DNA of 64,000 nt from Patescibacteria group bacterium (GTDB lineage: Bacteria; Patescibacteriota; Patescibacteriia; UM-FILTER-42-10): NCBI GenBank assembly GCA_041666485.1, contig JBAYGW010000003.1, positions 16,415 to 80,414 of the forward strand. Reading direction: 5' to 3'. The notes under the pieces were generated by a model. It saw only the letters and a list, made by a program, of their open reading frames with translations, was not told the DNA's origin and made no database searches. The position numbers were made by a program, and so were the translations under genes. Shown in pieces: positions 28,937-38,734 of this stretch; within the stretch, counting starts at the first letter, position 1; every line of letters begins with the position of its first letter.

Positions 28937-29990
28937 TGAGTTTACAAAATCAGCATCAAGTTTGTTTAAAGGTCAGATACTAGCAGGTTTCCAACCGCTT
29001 GATTTTAGTCACTTTCTTCCACTTTGGTATGCTCTATGGATTACTAATATTGCGCATACAATTAAAATACTGGACTTAGAATCAAAACATTTTGATGAAA
29101 TCAATGAAATACTTCCACCACCTTCCAACATGAGGGCAATTCTGGTAAAACTTATTCCCGCTTATTATGCTAATCCCACAAAAAATAAGAAGGATTACAA
29201 CATAGTAGCAAATTTTTTTGCGCGAATGCTTAAAGAATGCTGCCCAAATGATCCATTTGCTCTTAAATCAAATACCATTCATACAAGCACGGAAATTATT
29301 TCCCTTGTATCCAATATAAACTGGAATAATGCCGATATTCAAAGTGCGCGAAAAGTTGGCCAACTTATCACTGCAACCGGGTCACTTGTTCATGGTTTAT
29401 ATAACGACCTTGTAACGGATCTCGGCTGGGAAGTATATGGTCCATATATTTCAACAATAAAGCAAACATTACTAATACGTCTTTTCCCCAATCTCCAACC
29501 AAAAGAGCTATGGCCAGAAAAGTATTTAGCCAGCATGAAAGAAATTACTATCTATGCCACTTATGAAGATGTTGAATGGAATATTTCTTTTGTTGGCTGT
29601 CATACAATTTCTAATGGAAAAAGCCCAGTTGAAGGCATGACAAAATACGCAATTTACGGGGATGGAAAAAAATTAAATCTAATCAATACAGAAAATCTTA
29701 TTGATGAATTATCAAAGAAAGCAACAGATATTTATAGCAACATAAATAGTATGTCCTCTGAGAACCTTAAATTATTGGTTATGAGGCAAGAATGCTATCA
29801 ACTTAAATTATTGTTTGATGAAGCGGGAATCGATTGGCAGCCGACCGCTGAAATGATAGAAGTAGTTAAAAGCAAGCAAATTTTGCATGGAGTATTTCCG
29901 CGTGATAAATTTATTGAATCAACAGAGGAATTTAAGAAAATATTTGGCATTGATGTTTTTGAAAAAGAAATTCTGAATATTTTAAATTAA
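28923..29990 (+). CDS. hypothetical protein, translationally coupled to the swivel-domain gene
   Basis: 355 aa from ATG 28923 with AAAGGAGAAA SD; overlaps upstream stop by 14 nt; no known domain. Confidence 0.5.
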   Translation: MSWINEFTKSASSLFKGQILAGFQPLDFSHFLPLWYALWITNIAHTIKILDLESKHFDEINEILPPPSNMRAILVKLIPAYYANPTKNKKDYNIVANFFARMLKECCPNDPFALKSNTIHTSTEIISLVSNINWNNADIQSARKVGQLITATGSLVHGLYNDLVTDLGWEVYGPYISTIKQTLLIRLFPNLQPKELWPEKYLASMKEITIYATYEDVEWNISFVGCHTISNGKSPVEGMTKYAIYGDGKKLNLINTENLIDELSKKATDIYSNINSMSSENLKLLVMRQECYQLKLLFDEAGIDWQPTAEMIEVVKSKQILHGVFPRDKFIESTEEFKKIFGIDVFEKEILNILN

Positions 29991-30001
29991 TTTATAAACA
30001 T

Positions 30002-30427
30002 ATGACCAAAGCACAAATCAAGGGACATCAAGTTGTTTGTTCCGCGTTTATAGAAAGAAATAAAAGGTTTTTGATTGTCATGGATCCCAAATTCAAAGTT
30101 TGGCGGGTTCCCGGAGGCAGACCGGAGCACGGTGAAAAGCTTGAAGATACTTTGATACGAGAAATGCAGGAAGAAACAGGTATAACATTTTCCGACCCCA
30201 AATTCATCGGCTTTGGCCAGGATCAGCAGTTTAAAGTGGATGATAAACTGGAAACATCGCGTTTGATTATGTATTTTCATGTGCATACCGACCAGGAACC
30301 GGTGCTTGACCCGAACGAAGCAGAACAGCACAAATGGGTTACGCTTGACGAACTCAAGGAAATAGATTTAGATAACAAGGAAGGGGCGCTTACCGATTTT
30401 TTTAATCGTAATCCGAATTTTAAATAA
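30002..30427 (+). CDS. NUDIX hydrolase
   Basis: GGRPEHGEKLEDTLIREMQEETGI Nudix box. Confidence 0.8.
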   Translation: MTKAQIKGHQVVCSAFIERNKRFLIVMDPKFKVWRVPGGRPEHGEKLEDTLIREMQEETGITFSDPKFIGFGQDQQFKVDDKLETSRLIMYFHVHTDQEPVLDPNEAEQHKWVTLDELKEIDLDNKEGALTDFFNRNPNFK

Positions 30428-30434
30428 AACATTT

Positions 30435-30812
30435 ATGAATGAAAATGTCATAGTCAAAGAGTCAAGTATCAATAATAAAGGCGTTTTTGCCACACGCGAT
30501 TTTAAAAAGGGTGAAGTAGTGCTCCCCTGGCAGACAAATACTATCCTAACCATGGAAGAAGTTAAAAAATTGCCGGCATCAGAAAGAAACTATATCGCCA
30601 ACTATGCGGGGGGTAAATATCTGCATCAACAAGAGCCGGAAAGATATGTTAACCACTCCTGCGATCCGAATACAGAAACTGGTGATGATTGTGACGTAGC
30701 GATCAGAGATATTAAATCTGGTGAAGAAATTACTTCCGATTATTCCAAGGCAAAGTTTAATATGCACTTTGTATGCAACTGCGGGAGTAAAAATTGCCGC
30801 AAGTATATTTAA
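30435..30812 (+). CDS. SET-domain protein (putative lysine methyltransferase) with post-SET Cys cluster
   Basis: 125 aa; NHSCDPN, GEEITSDY, C-terminal CNCGSKNC. Confidence 0.7.
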   Translation: MNENVIVKESSINNKGVFATRDFKKGEVVLPWQTNTILTMEEVKKLPASERNYIANYAGGKYLHQQEPERYVNHSCDPNTETGDDCDVAIRDIKSGEEITSDYSKAKFNMHFVCNCGSKNCRKYI

Positions 30813-30838
30813 GTATATATACTTTAAATGATTGAATC

Positions 30839-31297
30839 ATGTCGGATCAACGAAAAGTAATCCCGGGAGTACATCTCATTTTCCAAAAATATAATAATGA
30901 CATCGGCGAGAACGAGTATCTGCTCCACAAGCGCATGAATACCAACTTTTTTGACAAACACTTTTCCGTTCCCGGCGGGCATATTGATGATTATGAAACC
31001 CCTACCGACTGCGTGGTACGCGAAGGAAAAGAAGAACTTGGTGTGGATATTGATCCAAAATACATAAAATTTGCTAATGTACTTTACAGGATTAAAAAAT
31101 CCGATCATGAAGTGCGCATTGACTTTTGCTACATCATTACCAAATGGAAAGGCATATTGAAGGCCAATGAACAGCATAAACACTCTGAGCCGGCCTGGTA
31201 TCCACTCAGCAAATTCCCTACACCCGTAGTTCCTTATGTATTGCAGGCAATACAAGATATTGAAAGTGGAATTGCATACACAAAGACAGATATTTAG
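30839..31297 (+). CDS. NUDIX hydrolase
   Basis: GGHIDDYETPTDCVVREGKEELGV Nudix box. Confidence 0.75.
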   Translation: MSDQRKVIPGVHLIFQKYNNDIGENEYLLHKRMNTNFFDKHFSVPGGHIDDYETPTDCVVREGKEELGVDIDPKYIKFANVLYRIKKSDHEVRIDFCYIITKWKGILKANEQHKHSEPAWYPLSKFPTPVVPYVLQAIQDIESGIAYTKTDI

Positions 31298-31351
31298 TGG
31301 GGAATAAGAATCATAATAATAACCTGGGTGCAAGAATTTAATTCAATATAA

Positions 31352-31789
31352 ATGTTTACAATCGGAACATTCGGCATAATCAAAGATGAAAATGAACGGG
31401 TATTACTCTGTCACCGCCGGGATTATGATTTTTGGAATCTGCCTGGAGGCGGAGTAAAAGAAAATGAAACTCCCTGGGACGCTGTAATTCGGGAAATAAG
31501 GGAAGAAACGGGACTGGAAGCTCGGATCACTCACCTCTCGGGCGTGTACAGCAAGCCGGATAAAAATGAAATTGTGTTTTCTTTTGTTTGCGAAATAGCG
31601 GGCGGGGAAACTACTTTAACTGACGAGGCGGACAAAATAGCATATTTTGAAGTTGACCAGATTCCTAAAAATACTTCCCCGAAACAAGTGGAACGGATCA
31701 AAGATTATTTTGCTGATCCATCCAAAACCCACTACAAGGCGCAAACCGGCGCGTCATCAATTGATCTGATCAAAGCGGGAAGACTTTAA
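31352..31789 (+). CDS. NUDIX hydrolase
   Basis: GGGVKENETPWDAVIREIREETGL Nudix box. Confidence 0.8.
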   Translation: MFTIGTFGIIKDENERVLLCHRRDYDFWNLPGGGVKENETPWDAVIREIREETGLEARITHLSGVYSKPDKNEIVFSFVCEIAGGETTLTDEADKIAYFEVDQIPKNTSPKQVERIKDYFADPSKTHYKAQTGASSIDLIKAGRL

Positions 31790-31807
31790 AATTCAGAATA
31801 AATTTAA

Positions 31808-31830
31808 AACAGTTTATGCAATAAACTGTT
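31808..31830. terminator. bidirectional terminator hairpin AACAGTTTAT-gca-ATAAACTGTT
   Basis: perfect 10-bp stem between convergent genes. Confidence 0.5.
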
Positions 31831-31854
31831 CTTTGTTAACAAAAAAACTTAACA

Positions 31855-33075
31855 TTAAAACTTGCTCTTCCTTAAAATATATACCATCAAAACCAATTGA
31901 CAGATACCGACTGCCAATGGAGCCATTAACAGTCCCGTTTTTTGTGAAGTAATTTGAATTATGAATAATAGTATCAGGACGCTAGATATCCTACCGATGT
32001 TCAAAAACAATTCTTTGTCAAAAATATACATGTATTGATTATTCAGCTTCTCATTAGACTCATCGTCCATGATATCTAATACTAGTGGCTCAATCGTTAA
32101 CCACTGAAAAATAGTGGTAATTCCTGAAAATAAAACAAAAATTAAAATATTCAGTGGATGCTCCAGTAATAACAATAAAACAGAAAATATTATATATGAC
32201 GACAATGATACAAAATAAACCGGCTTTCTATGATTATGTTTTGCTAAACGTCCGTACAGATAAGTAATAACCACCACGAATAATGTTACAATCGTGCTGA
32301 TCGTCCCCAGTACCCCTTCTTCGCCAAGGTAAAACAAAATCAGTAAAGTCGGCAGAAAAAAACCGATTCCTTCCAGGATGCCCATGGCAAAACTGATTAA
32401 TCTTACTTTATTCCATTTTGGAGAGATGTGAAATTGGATTATTTTATTTACTTTAGGCGATACATAATCAGTTTTCAAAACCACCATTCCTGAATATATT
32501 AACACTATCATGGCCAGTAGACTTAAAACCCAATATGCTGTTGTCGGCGTATATAACCCGTTACCTTCACCCAAAACAATCAGCCACCCTACTAAAAATG
32601 TAACAATGAGGGATATTAAAGAATTCAATAAGGAAGCGATACTGTAAAAATAATTCCTATGCTGGGATTTCGCTTCCTGAAATGATAAAAAATTCCGGTT
32701 AGCCCAATAAATTCCGGCGCCGAAACCATAAAACCCCCCGTAAGCAAAAAAATTCCAAACACTACTGCCTGAAAAAAATACTGTGACTACTATTGAAACG
32801 GCGGAAACAATCAAACCGACCAAATACAACCGGGCAATCTTTATTCTTTTTAACATCAGACCGTTGACATAAAAACCAAGCGGCAATAAAACAAAAAATC
32901 CGACATTATAAATTACCACATCCGGCAGCGATGAAGTACTCCGCCAGATAAATGAATTGATGAATAATGATAATAGTGGAGATGCAATACTACGCAGTGT
33001 AAATGAAATCATCAGCAGCCGAGACTTCAGAGGAAGAGTTTGATAATGATTCCATTCACGTAAAATAATATTCAT
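31855..33075 (-). CDS. polytopic membrane transporter (MFS-like)
   Basis: 406 aa, about 12 TM helices. Confidence 0.45.
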   Translation of the reverse strand: MNIILREWNHYQTLPLKSRLLMISFTLRSIASPLLSLFINSFIWRSTSSLPDVVIYNVGFFVLLPLGFYVNGLMLKRIKIARLYLVGLIVSAVSIVVTVFFSGSSVWNFFAYGGFYGFGAGIYWANRNFLSFQEAKSQHRNYFYSIASLLNSLISLIVTFLVGWLIVLGEGNGLYTPTTAYWVLSLLAMIVLIYSGMVVLKTDYVSPKVNKIIQFHISPKWNKVRLISFAMGILEGIGFFLPTLLILFYLGEEGVLGTISTIVTLFVVVITYLYGRLAKHNHRKPVYFVSLSSYIIFSVLLLLLEHPLNILIFVLFSGITTIFQWLTIEPLVLDIMDDESNEKLNNQYMYIFDKELFLNIGRISSVLILLFIIQITSQKTGLLMAPLAVGICQLVLMVYILRKSKF

Positions 33076-33144
33076 AAGGCAATGAATGTTTGATAACTTG
33101 AATATAACTGCATTGTAGTGTTTTTCAAAGCTACGGTCAATCTA

Positions 33145-33179
33145 AAAACTGTCCCTCAATTAATCCGAGGGACAGTTTT
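33145..33179 (-). terminator. hairpin AAAACTGTCCCTC..GAGGGACAGTTTT downstream of PA14/FG-GAP gene
   Basis: 13-bp perfect stem with A/T flanks. Confidence 0.5.
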
Positions 33180-33191
33180 ATATTAGTTAAT

Positions 33192-34784
33192 TTATTGGAT
33201 GATTCCTCCACCCACCTGAACGCCGTTTCGGTATTCAATTGCATAAGGGAAAAATCCGGCATTGATGATCGGCTGGCCGTAGCGGTTGAAAATTCTGACA
33301 TGCGGTCCTCCGCCCGGCCCGGCACCGGTAATGATTTCATCCCTACCATCCTGATCCAAATCAGCGATTCCGACATTTACTCCCCCTCGGAATGCGGTAT
33401 CATAGGCGAAAAATCCCGGAGTGAACTTAATATTGCCATAGGGGTCAAAAATTCTGACGTGCGCTCCCATTCGTACATTGGTTCCGGTAATTATCTCGTC
33501 CCGTCCGTCTTTATCCAGGTCGCCGGCGGCAACTTTAATGCCGTGCCGGAGATCTTCACGATACGCAAAAAATCCCGGAGAAAATTTCAGATTGCCGTCT
33601 CCGCCAAAAACACGTACATGCGGACCGCCGCCGGATTCTGTACCGGTAATTATTTCTGATTTACCGTCTCCGTCCAGATCGCCGGCTGCAACTTTTACAC
33701 CCAGTAAATAGTTATAATTATAGGCGGAAAATTCCTTTAACAAATAATATTTTCCGTCACGATATTCAAATACTCTTACTAAGTGCCCGCCGACTCCGGC
33801 GCCAGTGATTATTTCTTTTGTTCCGTTACCGTTTACATCCCCAATCGCAACATTGACACCGCCGCCGAAATTTTCGTCATAAGCCATGAAAGAATTTATC
33901 TGTATTCCTTCAATATTAAACAATCTGACTTCCGGTTTTCTGCCGTCCTGCGGACCGACAACGACTTCCGCTATCCCGTCCAGTGTGATATCACCAACAG
34001 CCAGATTTACTCCGCCGAGAAATTCTTTTTCATATACCAAAAATTCTCTGACAAAATTGCCGTCTTTTCCGAAAACTTTAACGTATGGCTCCTCCCATTT
34101 GCTGGTAGCAACAACAATGCCGGTTGATTTTGAGTCACCGATAACCTGAGGAGTTGGAATATTTGTCTGATCATCATCCTTGATCGGGACAGACGGTGTT
34201 GTCCGTGCAGTAATTTTCAGTTTATCCTGATTGCTGAAACTAAACATCATTGATGCTTCATAAGCATTTCTATCAGCATAATAGATATCTACCGTATGTT
34301 TGGATTCTGTTATCGTCTCTATTGCTGTTTTAGTACGTGCGGCATGAACACCGGAATTATCAATCACCAATCTTCCGTCAAAATATACCCATGAATCATC
34401 ATCACTGGTTATGGACAGGACATAGTCGCCAGGAAAATCGGTTGTAACATAAGACTGCCAGTGAACACCGAAATTTCGGTCGTGTCCCAGATTATCCTCT
34501 TCCTTTGCAGAATCAAACGGGAAAAAATTATTACCAAAATTCAAATTATCATCAATTCTGGCAAAACGAAAATACTTATTGTCATACCAGTCAGTATCCC
34601 AAGTGCCTAGCGGATTGCCGTGATTATTATCAGGCCACTTCGCACTGGGAACTGCCATATCAGGATGTAACTCAGAATAGTTATAATACCTGCCATACCA
34701 GCCGGTATCACCTTCCGCACTACGTACCCCGAACGGGATAAATAATCCGACTACTGCCAAAATTAATATTGATTTTTTAATCAT
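33192..34784 (-). CDS. secreted PA14-domain protein with FG-GAP/integrin-alpha-like repeats
   Basis: 530 aa; signal peptide; PA14-like N-terminal region (GDYVLSITSDDDSWVYFDG); repeated GD.D.DG..EIITG FG-GAP units. Confidence 0.7.
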   Translation of the reverse strand: MIKKSILILAVVGLFIPFGVRSAEGDTGWYGRYYNYSELHPDMAVPSAKWPDNNHGNPLGTWDTDWYDNKYFRFARIDDNLNFGNNFFPFDSAKEEDNLGHDRNFGVHWQSYVTTDFPGDYVLSITSDDDSWVYFDGRLVIDNSGVHAARTKTAIETITESKHTVDIYYADRNAYEASMMFSFSNQDKLKITARTTPSVPIKDDDQTNIPTPQVIGDSKSTGIVVATSKWEEPYVKVFGKDGNFVREFLVYEKEFLGGVNLAVGDITLDGIAEVVVGPQDGRKPEVRLFNIEGIQINSFMAYDENFGGGVNVAIGDVNGNGTKEIITGAGVGGHLVRVFEYRDGKYYLLKEFSAYNYNYLLGVKVAAGDLDGDGKSEIITGTESGGGPHVRVFGGDGNLKFSPGFFAYREDLRHGIKVAAGDLDKDGRDEIITGTNVRMGAHVRIFDPYGNIKFTPGFFAYDTAFRGGVNVGIADLDQDGRDEIITGAGPGGGPHVRIFNRYGQPIINAGFFPYAIEYRNGVQVGGGIIQ

Positions 34785-34912
34785 TTTCTTTCAAATTATA
34801 TATTTATCAGCAACGTTGGATACTATCACATTTGTATCCCCCTGTCAATACCTGAAGAAAAAACGCTAAATTTAGCGTTAATTAAAGTCTATAATAATTC
34901 ATTATTCAAACC

Positions 34913-36415
34913 TTAGGTAATTGTAAAAATATTGATTTTTTCAATCGCTTTCTTTGCCAGTTCAATTCTTTCCCTGCGATTCGCGTAAAAAGTGAACAGT
35001 TTACTACCCTTTTTAACTTCCTGTCCAACCCTTTTGTGGAGGTAAATGCCGGCCAATTTTTCTGAAGGCGCACCTAGTGTTCTCGCAATTTCGTCAATTG
35101 CTTTATTATCTACTGCGGTTATTTTACCTGACTTTGCGGAAAGTACACGGTAATACTCACCGCCTAAGACCACTGCGTCGGAATCAATTGTAGAATTACC
35201 ACCCTGTTCCTTGATCACCACCTGCATTTTTTTCCACGCCTTACCTGATACCAGAATTTCTTCCGCAACTGATTTTCCCTTACCGCGCGCCACCTGCCCC
35301 GATATTTCCAGAAGTTTTCCCGCCAAAACCAGTGCTTTATCTTCTAAATCTTTCGGCCTGTTACTTTTTTGCTGCAATACCCGGAGAACATCGCGTGATT
35401 CCAAGGCCGGTCCAACCCCTCTGCCGACCGGTTCATTGGCAAAAATTTTTTCAACATGTATTTTAATCCCAAAACGCTTGCCAAGATACATAAACTTTTT
35501 TTCAATCTCATTCGCGGTCTTCATATCCGGAATTTTTGAGGTGATTCCGACCGGCATATCAATCACCAGATACTTGATACCCATGGCAACTTTTTTCGCC
35601 ATAATACTTACCACCATTTTATCAAACGGTTCCAAGGAGAGTGGTTTTGTCACCTGAATAATCAAATCATCCGCCGGAGCAATATTTAAACCACCGCCCC
35701 AGATCATACATACTTTGTTTTTCATCACCATTTGTTTGATTCTGGTCATGGAAAATCCGACCGGAGCCAATACTTCCATAGTATCCGCCGTACCCGACGG
35801 TGAAGTGATCGCCCGGGAGGAGGTTTTTGGAATATATAAACCAAAGGCTGCAACAATCGGAACAACAATCATAGTTGTCCTATTGCCGGCCAAACCGCCG
35901 ACGGAATGTTTATCAACTACAATTTTATTTCCGGAAAATCTCAACTGCTCGCCGGTTTCCGCAATTGATTTTGTAAGATAATACAGCTCCAGTGGAGTAT
36001 AAGGCCTTGCAAAACTAGACGCGACAAAATATGATGTTTCCACCGGTCCGAGTCTGCGGCTGACAATATCTGCTATGATTGAATGAATTTCCTCATAACT
36101 TAAAACACCGCCCTTAATTTTCTTATTAATTGCTTTTACTGATTCCGGACGTTCAACGATTGAAACCTCAATGATTTGATCTTTCTTCATCGGGTACTTC
36201 GCCCAGATCTCTTCAAAAAAACCGATCTCCCCCGGCTTTATTTCATTTTCCGCCAGGTTTACAGTAGCAAATATTCTTTTACGGTTATGCCAGGACAAAC
36301 CGATATGGTCATTAGCATGAATACCAAAATTGAGGGCTTCTTTTTCATTTAAAAGCACCTTCGGCATCTCGCCGGTTTCAATATCAATTTTTTTTGCCCT
36401 TAAATAAAATGCCAT
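34913..36415 (-). CDS. AMP phosphorylase (thymidine phosphorylase family, archaeal-type)
   Basis: 500 aa; N-terminal extension plus pyrimidine-nucleoside phosphorylase core (DKHSVGG, TSSRAITSPSGTADT). Confidence 0.8.
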   Translation of the reverse strand: MAFYLRAKKIDIETGEMPKVLLNEKEALNFGIHANDHIGLSWHNRKRIFATVNLAENEIKPGEIGFFEEIWAKYPMKKDQIIEVSIVERPESVKAINKKIKGGVLSYEEIHSIIADIVSRRLGPVETSYFVASSFARPYTPLELYYLTKSIAETGEQLRFSGNKIVVDKHSVGGLAGNRTTMIVVPIVAAFGLYIPKTSSRAITSPSGTADTMEVLAPVGFSMTRIKQMVMKNKVCMIWGGGLNIAPADDLIIQVTKPLSLEPFDKMVVSIMAKKVAMGIKYLVIDMPVGITSKIPDMKTANEIEKKFMYLGKRFGIKIHVEKIFANEPVGRGVGPALESRDVLRVLQQKSNRPKDLEDKALVLAGKLLEISGQVARGKGKSVAEEILVSGKAWKKMQVVIKEQGGNSTIDSDAVVLGGEYYRVLSAKSGKITAVDNKAIDEIARTLGAPSEKLAGIYLHKRVGQEVKKGSKLFTFYANRRERIELAKKAIEKINIFTIT

Positions 36416-36416
36416 G

Positions 36417-36470
36417 ATTAGTAATTCGTAATTAGCAATTGGTAATTAGTAATTAGCAACGTGTAATTCG
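36417..36470. repeat. low-complexity GTAATTAG/TAATTCG tandem repeats
   Basis: tagtaattcgtaattagcaattggtaattagtaattagcaacgtgtaattcg; reverse complement resembles 40640-40700. Confidence 0.4.
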
Positions 36471-36516
36471 CTGTATAATGCCGTATGTACAGGTCTGATA
36501 TTAAGATGTAAAAAAA

Positions 36517-37761
36517 TTACTTATCCCCATCCTTCCAATGTCTGAGCGCAACGGCTAACTCTCCGTGGTCTTTGGCATACTCATCCAGATCAATCCCCGC
36601 AAGCGTCGCGTCTAATGCCTGTTTAACGGCTGTCGCTCCGGCAAATGTTCCTTCCGGATGACCATGGATACCCCCGCCAAAATTCAGAATTACATCTTTG
36701 CCGAATATTTTATAAAGCGAAGGTATTAAATTGGGATACAACCCGCCTGATGCGATCGGGAATGTTGATTTAATATTAAACCACTTACTGCGCAGAAAAT
36801 CATCTATTTCAACTACATCACTTTTTCCACCCTCCATTTTCCCCACAACCGTGCCGGTGTGCAGCTGATCAATACCTGCCAGACGCGCCAATTTTGACAG
36901 CACTAGCATACTCATTCCATGTTTTTGGTTCTTAGTGAACATAGAATGCCCAGCTCTGTGACCGTGAATTATAAGACCTAAATCCCGTTTGCGTAACATT
37001 TGCACATTATCAAGTCCTACGGAAACCATGTCAATCATTACCACTTCACCGCCGAGGCTTTTGACCAGCTGCGCTCTTTTGATCATTTCATCCGGTTGTG
37101 CTGTTACATTAAACACGCACAATTTTTTGCAGCCTGTTTCTTTTTCCGCTTTATCCCTCATTTTAAGAGTAAGCCGGACTCGCTGATCAAATCGGCTGAA
37201 AGAAAGGTCGGTTAAATTTTCATCATCTTTGACCAGATCAATTCCACCGATAAAGACCTGGTAAGACAGTGTGGCATGCTGCAGAGCGGACAAGCCCAGC
37301 TTTGGTTTCAGAATTGATCCCAGTATGGGCCGGTCATAAATTCCCATAATGCGCCTGATCCCTTTTATGCCGAAACGCGGGCCCTGAAAACTTTCAACAT
37401 ATTCTTTCGGAAAGTCTACATCCACTAATCTGAGATTCCTTATGATCTTCATACTAAAAACATTACCCGCCACACCGGATAAAAATTGCGGGATGCTCCC
37501 CTTTTCAAAAAGCGCCAAGGGATAGGCAACTTTGAATGTATGGGCTTTTTTATCAATATCATATGCTTTCGCGCTCAGCTTCGTGAATGTTGCTTTGGAT
37601 AATGTGGCAAGATCCGTCCAGGTTCCAATAGAAGATTCCGCCGCCACTCCGCCCGCCGCATCGTTAAAATCAACATTGGTATCCATATAGAATGAAGCGA
37701 CAAGTTCTGTTTTCTTCGGCTGATAGCTTTTTTTTACAAATTTTTGGTAAAATTTATTCAT
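36517..37761 (-). CDS. rbcL: ribulose-1,5-bisphosphate carboxylase large subunit, form III-like
   Basis: MNKFYQKFVKKSYQPKK N-terminus, GGIDLVKDDE, K-D-E Mg site region; start at MNKF to avoid overlap with upstream isomerase. Confidence 0.85.
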   Translation of the reverse strand: MNKFYQKFVKKSYQPKKTELVASFYMDTNVDFNDAAGGVAAESSIGTWTDLATLSKATFTKLSAKAYDIDKKAHTFKVAYPLALFEKGSIPQFLSGVAGNVFSMKIIRNLRLVDVDFPKEYVESFQGPRFGIKGIRRIMGIYDRPILGSILKPKLGLSALQHATLSYQVFIGGIDLVKDDENLTDLSFSRFDQRVRLTLKMRDKAEKETGCKKLCVFNVTAQPDEMIKRAQLVKSLGGEVVMIDMVSVGLDNVQMLRKRDLGLIIHGHRAGHSMFTKNQKHGMSMLVLSKLARLAGIDQLHTGTVVGKMEGGKSDVVEIDDFLRSKWFNIKSTFPIASGGLYPNLIPSLYKIFGKDVILNFGGGIHGHPEGTFAGATAVKQALDATLAGIDLDEYAKDHGELAVALRHWKDGDK

Positions 37762-37762
37762 A

Positions 37763-38719
37763 TTATAGATTCTTGAAAATCCATGGATAATGCTTTTCAA
37801 CTAAATAAGCAACATCACGTGGCTTAATAATACCAAATTCACAAATTATTCCTTTGATGAATTTAGATGGAATGCGGTCAAAAGCGAAATTGATTATTTT
37901 TAATCCTTTCGGACCGTTCGGCCAGATTTCTTTGCGATCCCGCAATTCAATGCCAACATATTTGCTGATAAATGTTTCCGGATCGGTTTTTAAAAGTGAA
38001 GCGGCGACATAAACCGGAATTTTTTCGTGGTTAGCAACCTGGGCGATTCCGTAGCTACCGACTTTGTTGATCACTGAGCCGCCGGATGTAACCGAGTCTG
38101 CACCCAAAAAAGCAATATCCACCATCACTTCCCGGCCACTGGTTCTGCTGATCAGAAAAGCGGCAGCTGAATCAGCCACCATTGTGACGTCAATCTTTCG
38201 CTTTAATAGATTCTTAGCTGTTATTCGCCCCTGGAAAAGCGGGCGGGTTTCTGTACAAAAAACATGCGGCATCTTTGAATGTTTATTAGCCTCAGTAATA
38301 ATATGCTCCACAGTTGAAGAATGGCAGTGCGTGAATACTTTCATATCTTGCTTAATCAGTTTTGCGCCGGCTACGGCAATTTTTTGATCATGATATTTCA
38401 GCAAAACTAAAAAAAGATGGCAAGCTTTTTTTAGCAACTTCGCCAACTCAGGCACGGATAAACCTTCTTTATTATTCTCTAAATAATGTAAAACGAATTG
38501 GACTGAATTACGGGACAGCGGTTCGGTCGGCCTTGCTTCCGCCAAGGCTTTGCCACTTTTACGAATAGCAGAAAGAAACTGGCTTTTATTTTTTTTTAGC
38601 AATTGATTACTTTCCAACTGCAACGCGTCCAAAATTACTTTGGTTATCTGCGTTGCACCCTGTATTTCTAAAGATGCTATTTTTGTTACTGTTTTTTGTA
38701 CTGCGCTATTCATAAACAC
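37763..38719 (-). CDS. ribose-1,5-bisphosphate isomerase (eIF-2B alpha/beta/delta-like)
   Basis: 318 aa; e2b2 family fold pattern; adjacent to RuBisCO and AMPpase. Confidence 0.75.
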   Translation of the reverse strand: MFMNSAVQKTVTKIASLEIQGATQITKVILDALQLESNQLLKKNKSQFLSAIRKSGKALAEARPTEPLSRNSVQFVLHYLENNKEGLSVPELAKLLKKACHLFLVLLKYHDQKIAVAGAKLIKQDMKVFTHCHSSTVEHIITEANKHSKMPHVFCTETRPLFQGRITAKNLLKRKIDVTMVADSAAAFLISRTSGREVMVDIAFLGADSVTSGGSVINKVGSYGIAQVANHEKIPVYVAASLLKTDPETFISKYVGIELRDRKEIWPNGPKGLKIINFAFDRIPSKFIKGIICEFGIIKPRDVAYLVEKHYPWIFKNL

Positions 38720-38734
38720 AGTATACCATTTATA

